Assembly: GCA_021432655.1 (NCBI GenBank)
Contig: MU271182.1
Span: forward strand, 1-64,000
From: Atractiella rhizophila
Taxonomy: Eukaryota
DNA length: 64,000 nt
Direction of reading: 5' to 3'
The notes beneath the pieces are model-generated. The model did not search any database. It worked only from the letters and a program-made list of their open reading frames with translations, and had not been told where the DNA came from. Both the position numbers and the translations under genes were made by a program. Below, one piece after another: positions 37,231 through 49,500 of the stretch. Position 1 is the stretch's first letter; the number at the start of each line of letters is the position of its first letter.

Positions 37231-40200
37231 TAACTTTCGCGCTGCACAGCGAAATAAATCAAGAGTGTAGTGGATTTGTTAGGCGCGCAGGATTCAGCCT
37301 CTAACAACAAGCAGCATGGGAACTTCGAGGGAATTGAGGATCTTTAGGCTCCCTAAAGATCTCGTGCGTAAAGATGGTATTGATGGAATTTGGAGGGCGC
37401 TGCAAGGGGCCCATTGCGAGGGAATAGTGCGTAAAATACGGTGGTCTAATAGACCAGATGGAGTAAATGCTACCGTCGAAGGTAGCAGTGGGGAGATCCG
37501 GAAGGCCCTGAAGCTATGGATTACAGCTCACCAAGCCCGTTCTAAATGGGTAGAGCCGAAACATAAGCGGAAGGTAACCAGACCGGATGTTCTTAAGCCC
37601 CTGAAGGAATTGAGGATTGCTACATGGAATGTGAATTCCTTATCCAATAAACGTTTAGAGGTAGTCGAGTACGTTCAAACGATGAAACTAGGAGTGGTGG
37701 CGCTGCAAGAAACCGCGATTGAAGTAGGAGGATGGCCACTGCGCCTCCCGGGGATGAACACATTCTCTAGCCCCTTGGAAGATGGTACTCCAGGGGCAAG
37801 GGGAGTCACCATATGCGTAAGCAAGAAACTCTCCAGTGTTCTAGTCGATAAATCCCCATATTGGGTATTGGTCAAAGTACATGGATTGGAGACCGGCCAT
37901 CCATGGTACTTTACCAGTGTATATGTGCCGCATGAGCCAGCGATGAAGAGACTGGCCTTGCAGGGAATTAAAGGCCGTATCAATCGGATCCTGAGACAAG
38001 ATCAGGAAGCTCGAATTATATTCATGGGGGATCTCAATTGCGGGGCCAGTAGGACAGCAACACTATTTAAAAGGACTAGTCGGATGAATAGGTTACTCTG
38101 CCGAGGATCAGATAAAACATACCACAGGGCAGCCAAGTGGACGACACTTGATCACATATTGGCATCAGAAGCAGCTTATAGGTTTTTGAGAAAGCCCAAG
38201 GTCAGAAGGGATATCCCTACATCTGACCATTTTCCAGTGGTATGTAAAGTTCGGATAGGTGAACCAATTATGGACCAACGATCAGCAGCAGGATCGGAAG
38301 AGAAGAAAGTATGGATACTTAAGGATCTGCCACAAAAGGCTAATGAGATCTTGTATCACCCGTTGTGGGAACTACCCACACCCTCCTCCTATGGGCCACT
38401 CAAGTGGGAAGAGGAGGTTGACAGACTAGAAAATCTCGCTAAGGGCTGGGACGACCTGTCGCACAAGATAGCGCAAGAAGCAGAGGTCGAGCGAGACCCC
38501 ATCCCCTTCGAAAAACGAAGGCCTAACAATAGTATTCGCCTGGCTATTAAGGCGAAAAGGACGGCATGGAAGAGGTACCTTGCCGGGGATGCTGACAATG
38601 TTGCAGAACTATGGGATGAGTACAAGCGGGTTAGAAGAGCCTCTACTCGAACCGTAGCAGAAGTCAGATCGGTAGAATGGGCAAAATATGTGCAACGCGG
38701 GATGGATTATGCACGCGTAGGACAAGCACGTAAATTCTTCCGATGGGTTAAGAACACATCTGGGTTTAAGAGTCGTCAACCAAGTGGGATAGCCCCACTA
38801 ATGGACAGTGAGGGTACCATGCGATATTCTTCGGAAGAGATAGCAAAGCTGTGGTTTGACCACGTAAGCAAGTTAATGAGTATCGGTAGTATCCCCAATA
38901 GCACGCCTGAAAAATGGCAAGCAGAAGGGGGTCTCCTAGATCAGGGGGACATGCAAACTGACCAGGACATTAGTTGGAGAGAGTTGCAATATACACTTCG
39001 GAAGATAAAAGCGGGTAAAGCGGCCGGAGCGCCGATGCTGCCCCCCGAATGGTATAAGGTGATGCTCGTTGACGCTGATGAAGACGGAGGGAGCCCTGAA
39101 ACGCCCTCCGCACCGATGCAGAAGTACTTCTACGAGGTGATCAGAACCATGTGGAGATTGTCCCGTGTCGCAAGACAATGGGATGTGGCCCTATTGGTGA
39201 TGATAGGAAAGAAAGGGGATCCTACTCAGTGTGACAATTACCGGGGTATAAGCCTCATACCTGTTATACTGAAAATCCTTACCCATATTATAGCCCGTCG
39301 AATCACCGACGGAGTAGAGTCGGATAATAGGTTAGCCGAAGAACAAGCTGGCTTCAGAAGAAGGGAGGAGTGCATGGGCCAAGTGGCAGCTCTCCTCGAA
39401 GTCTTGCAGCGCCGTCGCGATATTATAAAGGCGGGAACAGTTCTCCTATTCGTGGACTTCAAGAAGGCCTACGACCTGGTTGACCACGAGGCTCTATTCT
39501 ATAAGATGAAAAAGATGGGGGTTGGGGACAAAGCTTTGGCATTTATTCGTGATTTATACACAACTTCAAAGGTTAGGGTCATAACAGCAACTGAACTTAG
39601 CGAAGCCATAACACTCCTTAGAGGGTGCAGACAGGGGTGTCCTGGATCACCTCTGTTCTTTGACATCTTTATTAATGACTTAGCGATCAAGCTTCGTCAA
39701 TGTGGGGTAATGGTCCCTGGGTGCACAGATATTTTGGCAAGCTTATTGTTCGCTGACGACCTACTGTCCCTTGTGGATGGGCCTGATCAGTTACACAGGG
39801 CATGTGCGGTAATCACCGAGTGGGCTGATAAGTGGGGGATGAAAGTAGGGATACAGAAATGCGGGATCATGGTGACGTGTAGTAATGTGTTGGTAATGTG
39901 TTGCGAGACGAGGTCCTGGAGACACCGGGTGGATTCTCCATCCAGGGACAAAGGGTACCTATAGTAGAGGAATATGTGTACCTCGGTGTGCTCTTCAGGG
40001 ATCGTTCCTTGCCGAATGTGACCGAGCACGTGGAGGAACGGGTAAACCTCTATAATGAACGTCTGGGCTCCTTAGCACACATCACACGGTCAAAGACCAT
40101 TCCTGTCTGGACCCGAAGACATGTATTTAGAGTCGTATGCGAGCCAGTCCTGCGCTGGGGTGCGGAGGTTATGGGTCCTGCAAAGGACTCTGTAGCCAAA

Positions 40201-41394
40201 GCTGAAAAGGCTTGGATGAAGGGGGTGAAGGCCTTGGTAGGCTCAAATTCCACGAATTCAATCTTTGGACACCTAGCATTAAGAAGGGAGCTTGATCTGC
40301 CAAGCTTCCATGAGACGGTGATAATGTCCCGGCTTAGAGCGATTTATAAATACCCCACATTGAGAACGTGGATTGCGAAGCTTTTATCAGAAAGGGCATG
40401 ATCTAAACATCGGGGTTGGATTAAGGGTACAGAGTTGTGGTTGAGAACGTATCCGAAGGTGGACATTTGCATGGATACCGAGGCAGAAGCCAAGGAGAAA
40501 GTGCGCCAATATCTGAGGGAACGAGACGAAGGAGAGGTACAAGGAAGAGCTAAATCCTTCCTGTACTATGAAGCCGCCTGCTTCGAGGCCACAAGGAAAT
40601 ATCTAAAAATCGCAGTAGGGCATGCTCGGTGGTCGAAAGGGTTCAACTGGCTAGTGAGGGCGAGGGTGTCAGGTATTTGGACCGTAAAACGTGTCGCCGC
40701 AACACTCGGGTATGTGGACACCGATAAAGGCAGTAGGTGCCCTGCCTGTTCACGCGTCCTTAGGGACGACCGGGGGTTGGAGTTTGGGCACGTATTACTA
40801 GACTGTAGGGCTTATACAGATGAGAGAAATATCTTGGAACCAGTACTTACTGCCTTGCAGGACAAGGTGGGTTATGTGCTTCCACAACTATTTGTGGTGT
40901 TCTTGTTAGGAGGCAAGTTTGACGAACGTCATCGCACGAAGTGGAATGTGCCGGAGGGCGTGGACCCAGCAGCTTATCCATGGCCAGTGAAAGAGTGGAC
41001 TGGAGAGGATGAGCAGACTTTTAGGGGGACGGGAGCAAGTGTCTCTCTGTTAGTGGCGCAATTCCTTCAAGCTGCAATGCGGAAGCATATGGCAAAAGTA
41101 TGGGAAGGCGTTACCCCTAGTGGGAACTAAAGCGAATAGAGAAAGCGGAGCTTGTGAAGCAAGACTCCATATAGCCTAAGCTCACAAGGAGTATGGCAAT
41201 GGCAACAGCGTAAGCTAGCCGAGAGGTGAGTTTAGGGGGTAGGCATGTAGGGTAGGAATACCAACATGAATCCTCCACGAACTGGAGAGGGAAACCTCAA
41301 AGGGAAGGTTTTGAACTTCTCACCTCTATAAAAATTACAAGCGACTTTTGAAGTGTACTCTGAAAGAGGACGCTGGCACCCACAATGAGTTTCA
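37156..41394 (+). mobile_element. Non-LTR retrotransposon, single ORF (APE endonuclease, RT, CCHC), RTE-like architecture; ORF 37316-41130
   Basis: ATWNVNSL, LQET, MGDLN, LDHIL, SDHFPV; YRGISLI, QAGFR, DFKKAYD, GCRQGCPGSP, LFADD; CPAC...GHVLLDC. Lesions are an 11-bp tandem duplication (39882-39903) and a TGA at 40399. The 3' end is lost in the gap. Confidence 0.95.
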
Positions 41395-41419
41395 NNNNNN
41401 NNNNNNNNNNNNNNNNNNN
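41395..41419. other. Assembly gap, 25 N
   Basis: Run of exactly 25 N. Confidence 1.
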
Positions 41420-43484
41420 TTACCACGTACAACAAGGACAACGACTCGCACAACGCCGCCTCCTCCAGGCGACTATACTCCTGAGACCACACAAATCGTC
41501 TTACAAGGTAGGGTGCTTTTTTTTATTATTCGCTAAGAACCCATCTCTCTGTTCCCCGTCTTAAAGCAGAGAATATACCGTTGAGTTAAACTATAGTGGT
41601 TTTGAAGCACTAGTACGCAAAGTGATAGTCCACGACGCCTCACTTACCGTAGCTTTTGACACAGTAACTGGTCACGCTATATTTAGACATCTTTCATGTT
41701 CTCACATGTCACGCCTCAAACGTGGCCAGTCTTGGGAAAGCCGTAGAAACACGGCAAGGATGCACGGATGTCTAGGCCGAAGTGGAAGTAAAAGCGGTTG
41801 AGGCAGTACTAGACACTCTACTGACGGCAGTTTCTTGATGTATTAACAACCATAACACTTTAACGTTACTAATAAAGCGATAAAAAGAGTCAGAAATATA
41901 TGAACACTCTGTCAATAAGATCTTGAAAGTTCTTTTTCATTCCTGCATTCTTTTGTTTTCGCTCTTACTACCTCTTATAAGACCTTGTTTATTAACGGTG
42001 AGTAGGCTCTACCGTCCTACTTAGTACTTGTGGTGTTATTACCGTGTGAAGAGGAGCAAGTCGACGAGCGGGGGCAGAAAATTTAAAGCGGAAGCACACC
42101 AGGGGAGGTCGTGACTCGTGTAAGATAATGTCTATGACCATTACATTACATTACATCACGAAAAAATTACATTACATTCCGTGACAAAAGAGGGTATGAA
42201 AGGTCATGTTTCATTACCGTAATGGTAATAGTCTTAGGACCTGATTACGGATCATTATGTATTATTAGTAAAGAATGTGTACTGTGACATTCCATGGGTC
42301 CAGGTGACCAAAACGAACCTAGACAAGAAGAAAAGACCAACACAAAAGCCACGAATCATCAGAGCTGTTGCCTTGGAGTGGTGAGCTCAGACTGTACTCC
42401 TTGCGGCAGCTGAGAAACTTACGGGCTCCACCCTTGCCTTGAAAGTGAGAGTAGCTTCTTCGCCTAGTAATACAGCTTAGCAAGCGCAGAACCCTCATAC
42501 TGTTACCTCGGAGTAAGTTGAAGAAGGAGTTAAGCTTTTTACCGAGTTGGAGAGGACCATTCACAAGAGAGTGCTACGCTGCAACCTAACTAAGAGTACT
42601 TCTTCGGTACATTATCCATAGCATGATGAAGTGAAAGGGAAGGTGAGAGCTGGGACTACGGTTAGGGGTGTAGACAGAGGTCGTCAACGAGGACAAGGGG
42701 CTGGCATAAGGGTCGCTCAGTAATGACACTGCGAGACTATTGTAACTAATGTGATGGAAAACCGTGTAAATCCTGAGACTAGAGTTTGGGTATGATGGGT
42801 TTGATATGTTTTCGGTTTACGCTTTTTTCTTTACTGTATAAGGATGGACAGTTCTTAATCTGTGTTAATGAATGCATTTGTCACCGGACGAGACACACCG
42901 ACTATGTGGGTTCGTTTTGTGCTGTTAGTACGAAAGGACAACATGTCAGAACGTTCGAGTCGTTACGAGTTCGAAGTCTTTACTCTTATCAGTTTATCAA
43001 CGTTGTTTATGTTACATGCTTGCCCACGTTTGGCTTTGCGAGGTCAGTCCGTTAGCGTCTTTCTGGATCAAGATTTTTTTTAGTACAACGATTGTTTGAG
43101 CTCGTTTTACGCCTATTGTCGCGGAATTGGTGTGCGTATAGGTCACCTGTTGCTGAGTGCTAGGAGAGTAAGGCACTGTACAGTCCTGTTGCTTAATTTT
43201 GTTATCGATGTTACGGGATAACTGATCCTTCACCTCCTGACACGCTAAGCCACAGTTGTTGTTTCGCTTTCTTACGTTGGACCTTGTTCAGAGCGTGCAC
43301 GCAATTACAGCGTTTGCGGCGCGATACGGCTTTTATGCGTATGCAAGGGGCTGAAACTGGTCGGTGTTCCGAACTTTGATCTCTCACAAGAAAGCATATA
43401 AGTCTGCCGTTGCGGAAATATTTCCGGTAATCTCGAAGAGGAAGAAGTCTTGAGTTGGTTCAGGGGAAGTTGGAGAGTTCGTTC

Positions 43485-44296
43485 TACCGAGTTGGAGAGT
43501 GCCAAGGTGGCGTGGGGTAACCCGACAACGGAGTCATGTGGTTTGTGTCAGTTGGCTAGCGGTATTTCTAGTTTCTTGTACAAAATAGAAATAGCCCTCT
43601 AAGCAAGTGCTAATTCCTATAGCCTCTATTGTCGTAGCAGTTCCACCTACCTTTCACCTATAGAGAGGTGTCGTTCTTCTCACGCAAAGGCAGTGAAAAG
43701 TCCGCAACAAGAGTACCAATAACAGTGTAATAAAAAGCTGATTTCGAAACGCTCTACGGTTATGTCTACGACTTGAAAAGTGGTACTTCTTCTTCGAGAA
43801 CTCCTAGGTGGTTTGGATACTCGATCAACTGCGCAGGCTATTACAAGACCGACATGATTTTCCTTTCACCCCGTAGTCGCGCTTCTAGCTACAATGAAAG
43901 TTTCACGCGTAGAAGATAGTACAGGTTCGTCTATTACGTCCGACTATCAACCGAACGATCTTAAACCGACCTTTACCTCTCCTTCACCAGGAGTTTAACT
44001 TTCCGCTAACCAAACTGTCTTTCCGCCTCTAATGAACCCTGCTATTTGGCTAGCGGATATATAGTTCCTTGAAGAAGTTACCTTCTCCACGCCTAATAAG
44101 CAGGGAACAGGAGACGAGGAGAAATTAAACGACCGTATCTTAATTAACCACTGCGAGTCTGGATGCAACACGTCTAACGCGGCATACCATTCAAACGTAG
44201 AAGTGATTGCAGCAGTCGAGTATGCCTTTACGTCAACTACAGCGTGAGTAGTAACGCCGGACGCAACGAGAACTACTTTTTCTCTTACTCCTGATT
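43485..44296. CDS. LURP-one-related (tubby C-terminal-like) protein, 5 exons; read as the left-to-right complement (true minus strand)
   Basis: MAQPLTVPPHPIG...VLSLSGDSFTIKD...DGKWISLHSKK|TLRDANTDAELFTMKKKLL...|LKGDWFDRKAEI...|QTYVVQIAPY|VDVALIIAACVALDEKENED*. GT-AG introns 43681-43745, 43904-43960, 44088-44139, 44188-44234. A TATA-like element lies upstream. Confidence 0.88.
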
Positions 44297-45320
44297 CACG
44301 AGGGTTCGTTTAACAACACATTTTCCCAACATATGGCTAGCGAAACACTATAGGCTTGCCTTCAACTTTAGACGGTCAGTTACATTAAGTTAAATAATGT
44401 TGTTCAGAAAGACAATCAATGCTTGTACAACTCGAAGCTCCGAGCTCCTCTCGAGCTTAAGTAAGATTCGAGACAAGAGCGGGGGGATTCGGAACGGAAA
44501 CTAACAGTTCACTATATAATGCGTGTGTGTTGGGACATACTTGCTTAGAGAAAGTGTTTCCTGTAAACTCGGTCTCAGCAGTACTGGACTTCCAGGTAAA
44601 CTTTCGTGCACTCAGGTCGTGTAGAAGATGAGCGGTGATCGGCCTATCTAGTAACTGACTGTAGTAAAGTCCTACATGTGAACGGACACCTCCATGTCGT
44701 CTAGGTTTCTTCAGTGTTTAGCGGACGTGCCTGGGAGCTTGAAATAAATTCCAAGCTCCAACTGTCCTCTTCGAAGCTCTCCGTCGACGTCCCTCGACTT
44801 AAAGGGAGCAGCTGAATCGTTTCTGCAAGGTCAACTACCTTCCCATTAGCGTTGGCCTCAAAGCTTGGTGACTAACTCGACTAGAAGTCTGAAGTTCTCA
44901 GTTCAAGTTACTTTTACTGTGTCTGGATGGGTGCTTGTAAGTGTAAACGTAACTCAGGAACGCCTACTGTAGGAGCAGAGGAGAGTTGTTTTGGGTCCAG
45001 CTAGTAGGTTCTAAAGATTACTCTAGGGCATCGCCTTTGCTCTGAGGCTTTAAACCCCTATTACGAGAGCTTTTAACAAAATTTCCATGCATGGTAAGGA
45101 TGTAGTGCGAAAATGTCGAGATTTTGGAGATCTTTGATTGTAGTGGAGGCAGAACTTCGAGAAGCTTCGAACTTGTGCTTCTTGCATTGTTATTAGAGAA
45201 GAGCCGAGAGATAGGAGGTATTTTCGTCGGTGTTACAGATGTGATGAGTGGTAGTTGAGCGTGAGCTAAGGACGAAACAGAAGTCAACGGTTAGGTGTCT
45301 TGATGATGAGTCAGCTTGTT

Positions 45321-46106
45321 TACCTCGGTAGGACCCAGCCCATTCATCGATCAAGTAGACGGGCGTAACATGGGACTGAGATCCGGTCTGTTTAATGCTC
45401 GCTTTTGCTACGAAATCAGTATCAGCACGCAAGAAGCTAGAGTGTCTGTTCTACAGAGTAACTGAGAAACGTCTACCGGCGAAGAGTTCCAGAAAATCCG
45501 GCGGACTGCCTAACAGGAAGTCACCTGCTCTACTCTCGGTACCGAACCAGACCACTCTAAGACGAGTGAGCAATTCAACTGCGACTTTAACCGCTGTTAT
45601 CCACGACAAATACACATACAATAGAGAGTTGAGTTCAAAGAGAAGACTTTGTCTTCACCGTCAACCCTTGTCTTACTCCGCCTTAAAAGATCTACCCGCC
45701 TACCTGAGTTAACCGTCCAGAAGGGGGAAAAGAAAGTAAGCATGAGACTATTATCGAACCTTAGCATCCCGTAGATGTGTCGCAGTTCCGAGGAAATGAT
45801 AATCGTGACAACCAAGAGGTTTACAAAATAAACCCCTATAAGGAGAGTATGACTAAGCGACATCCGTAGTCGAAGAGGGCGACCTTCGGCCAAGTACTTC
45901 GTTGTTTAAGCCACGTGCTGTAGACTACCTGTATAAGATATAGAGCACCGTATATAAAGTTGAGCACTCGTAGAAAGGTCGGCACGAGGACGATGTCGCG
46001 ATTGGTCACTTATCCACTGTAAGGTTGCCGCGTCTCCCAACGCCTACTGGGCGAAGATCCAAGATAAGCACAGGGAGGGCCAAAGAAGTGGTGATCCCGC
46101 CAAATT
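45321..46106. CDS. Minimal Gti1/Pac2 (WOPR) domain protein, about 143 aa, 8 exons; read as the left-to-right complement (true minus strand)
   Basis: MEPSWVG|QITSENDALVIV|MAASQGLLGRL...WS|GAVYV|WEQNEAEFSRWADGLNW|ASTQRQGSFTIST|...FMKQQIRCTTSDGHILYLVAYISTR|...DDPLLGSIRVPPGFF. The model needs one GC-AG intron. Confidence 0.78.
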
Positions 46107-46324
46107 TAAACGTTCTTTCGCCGTTAAACCTGCTATCTGCATAGTTGCAACGTACTGACGTACCCTAAGTATTGTGACTTTTCAAGTATCCTAGTAGGCA
46201 GTAAAGAAAAGTAATACATTGGAGTAGCACGCGTCACGTGAAGTTTGAGGTTATAACAAAGTTACCAACAAAACGTTATGTTGTAAAGTCAAGTGAGATA
46301 TGTAGTGACGAAGAGATGCTGAAG

Positions 46325-46563
46325 AATTCGTAGATTTCAGAGGTTCCTACTGGGTCGGAGTAGCTATAGATCCTGCGCGGTTGAACGGAGTTAGACTGAG
46401 CAGCGTGGACCGTACCCACATAGAGCCTTTTACGGGTGGTGGCGAAGCGGATAGCGAAGTTTTAACAGGCAACGTTCTCGCTCCTATCAACCTGGACGTG
46501 GCCTCTCTGTCTACGGGTTGTCAGGTCCTTCTCACAGACCCCTTTCGCTATCCTATTAACCTT
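46325..46563. CDS. THR1: Homoserine kinase, C-terminal part; read right-to-left uncomplemented (true plus strand)
   Basis: LSPDTLPGLLGICLSGAGPTILALATDNFEAIG...SWRVLDIDEAGSSLETLDA*, containing the GHMP-kinase SGAGPT motif in the fungal Thr1 context. Confidence 0.9.
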
Positions 46564-49500
46564 GAGCGACGAGCACGATCCGAACGCTCCACGTCTGACC
46601 CTGCCTGATGGCAAGAAAATTTTCAACGAAGACGTGAAGAGCACTTGGTTCGGGTGCGTTTCCTAACTTCCCACATTCCGGCGCTCAGTGCAGCATTGAT
46701 GTGAATTCTCTGCTACCAGAAAAGTTGATACGGAAGAATGTGCCATGCTCGTCGCTGCATGCTGCTCACTTGGGAAAGCTCCCTTTGATGAACACAGCCG
46801 TGATTGAGTTTTTGATGAAGTTGGGAGACGCGAGGCATCGCGTAACGAGTCCTGGTAATACTTGGGTGTTCGTCTTTTTCTCCCTCTCTTCTTCTAACAT
46901 GTTCGACGTGACTCACTCTGCGAAAGGCTCAAAGGTCCTTCTGGTATTCTCGAATTTGACGATGGAATTGCTTGGTTCGTTTCTTCTCTTTGCAACTGTC
47001 CTTGGGTCACTCACAATTCTCTGGGCATGAAAAGGTCAGAAAGCACCGAAATCACGTATCCGCTAATGTTAGCGCGCTGTTGTCAATCGTGGACATGCCT
47101 CTCTCAGACACCTTTCGTCAGGCGCCACCTCGAATTCAGAACGATGGACACGATCTATCACCTCATCACGTACCAATACGAACGCGACAACGTCGTTCCT
47201 CTCACCGATATTCATAAGGATCAGTGGATGATGAATGTCTGGCGTCAAGACCTCGGCGGCCATATGAGCATCATGAAGTCTTTCTACGGTGGACCACCGG
47301 TTACGAACGCCATTCGCAATTCGGCCGGAATGGATTGGAGGACTGGGGAAGCTGAAGAGCGGAGGAGAAGGCAGGCGGAGTATATGAATCAAGTCAAGAA
47401 GCCTGCTTTTCGAGTGCATGTTGCAAGAGCGGGCGTGAGATCAGACGGAGAGGAGATGATTGTGGATCTACATGAACAGCGTCCGAGAGTTTTCGAGATC
47501 AGTCAACGCGATCGAGGAAGGATGGGCCCACCTCGAGAGGTCAGCATAAGAGTAAGGCGAGAGCTGTTGAGGATTGGCAGTCCGCTTATGAAGAGGTTCT
47601 GCCACATGCTTCTCGGGACCTTCAACGAAAAAACCGCCGGCGTTGATGACAGTCTTTTTGATGGACGGGAAGGAGGACGCAGGGGAGAGGCACGTGAAGG
47701 TTAGGGCCGATGGGAATGCGCGAGCGAACTGGGAAGTTGGGAGTACAGCGATCTTTGGCACGGAGAAGGGGTATAAACCTCAACTTCGTGGTCAAAAAGC
47801 TGGAGGGGACGCATATAAGGTGCCTCGCAATAAGGGAGAGCGAGCCCTCGCAGCAGAACGCGAGAGTGAGAGAGCTCGAATGCGAAGCATCCGTGGATCT
47901 CCATTCGCTCATCCTCAGCATCCAAGTCCTCCCATGGCCGCGAAGATGCCTATACATTCTCCTCCTGGCAGTTACGTCCATTGTCCGCCGCCTGGCCATC
48001 CCCTCTTCGTATATGGTTCTCCTTTTCCCCATAGGTTTTAGCTGACAAATTTTTGTGACATAGGTTCCTCCTGGATTCCCTGTTCCGTACGGACACCCTT
48101 CTCGAGCTTCGCATTCCAAAAGACAACGAAGTCTAGACGGCCTAGAAGATGACGAAAGAGTTGTAATTGACATGGCCGTCGACGAGGAGGAGGACCAAAA
48201 ACCCTTTTCGAAACGAGCTCGGGTGAGCAACACTCAACAGGATCCCATCCCAATTCGCGACACTCCCGGTCCGTCAGCTCGTCCCTCAGCTTCCCATCGA
48301 ATGGATGTAGACGAAGGACGTCACATCCCCCTCATCCCTTCAATGCGTACCAAATAGGGCATCCTGGTCATGGTCCGCCTCCCTTCATAGATGGACGCCG
48401 CTCGTCTGTGGTGCAACATCCTCACATGCCACATTTTCCTCTACCCATTGGACCTCACGATCAAGTCCTCTATACCCGTGAAGGGCCACCGGTGGGAACC
48501 CTTCCTCCTGGTACTCAAATTCCAATTCCTGGTCATCCAGTTGGTGGATTCATAGACCCACGCTTTCAAGAACCTAGGCTTGCGCCGAAGCCGACGAGAG
48601 GAAGAGGGAGGGGAAGGGGAAGGGGGCCTAGAAGAGGGAGAGGAGGGGGAAGAGAGACGAAGGAGCCTCGACCAGAAGGATCGGAAGAGGAACGGATTCC
48701 AACACCTCCTCTTCCTCGTCCTCCTACAATGCAGGAACGAGATCTCTTGATCCGAAACGAAGACAATACATTGGCAGATAACATAGTGATTAATCCTGCG
48801 ACGGAAGGAGAAGTAGACGAAGATAAATCTGCAGCTCCCCATCCACCTGCCGATCCAGCTCAGCAAATGTCGTCCTCGGTCGGATCGAGTGTGATGAGGC
48901 CCAGGAAAAGGCATCAGCGCCAGATGAGCCCAGGGCACATCAACAGACCCGATAATGTCTGGGTTGTCTTTCTGAAGCATTATCGAGTGGCTAGACAAGA
49001 GGCAAAGGCGATGGGGTTGATCAAATCTCAGCAAATAACGAAGGAAGCATCCAAGATCTGGAAGAAGATGACAGACGAAGATAGGGCACCGTAACACGAA
49101 ATTGCGGGGGAGCAGAAGAAGATCCACAAGATCAAGCACCCCGACTATCGCTTTCATCCTAGGAGGAGGGATCGTTGCGAGAAAGGAAACTTTTGTTGGG
49201 TTCGGCAACCATGGCCCCATACTCTCCTCATAATAGGGCAACATACATGCCTCATTATCCTCGCCCTCAACCTCCTCCTCACGCTGTTCTCCCTCAGCAT
49301 CATTCCCAATTGCGAGAGCCAAAATTTGAGTCCAACTTCGAAAAAGGTGATGCATCACCTGTGCGGGTCAAGAAATGTTTTATTTGCCCCGTGAGATAGT
49401 TCCACCTCAACAATTCTCTCCCCCACCGGTTCCAGACTCTCCCCCTTCTCAAACAGCCCCTCTTCATGAAGATCAAGTCACTTCTCTTGCTCTTGCTCCA

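Larger units (their letters stand above)
41420..46563. other. Mirror-written segment 2 (reversed, not complemented)
   Basis: 41420 onward is the mirror of 35226 going leftwards. The reversed text ends ...ACCATT and joins GAGCGAC at 46564 exactly as in copy A. Intact intron-containing genes appear only after un-mirroring. Confidence 0.97.

Noticed and set aside
42319..46560. ORF-track ORFs inside the mirror segments (also 24251-26079)
   Set aside because: They are chance ORFs in mirror-written text. The real genes appear only after un-mirroring.
41420..46563. Mirror DNA as a real biological product (reverse-direction copying or triplex-forming mirror repeat)
   Set aside because: Both mirror segments abut identical 25-N gaps and rejoin their flanks exactly when reversed. 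An assembly artefact is far more likely.
48937..49165. HMG box as evidence of a mating-type locus
   Set aside because: No pheromone, receptor, homeodomain or typical MAT-flanking genes are seen, and the box has an in-frame stop.
48441..49358. 305-aa minus-strand ORF and the 203-aa ORFs at 36286 and 47622
   Set aside because: They are antisense shadows of the plus-strand WOPR-HMG gene with no recognisable motifs.
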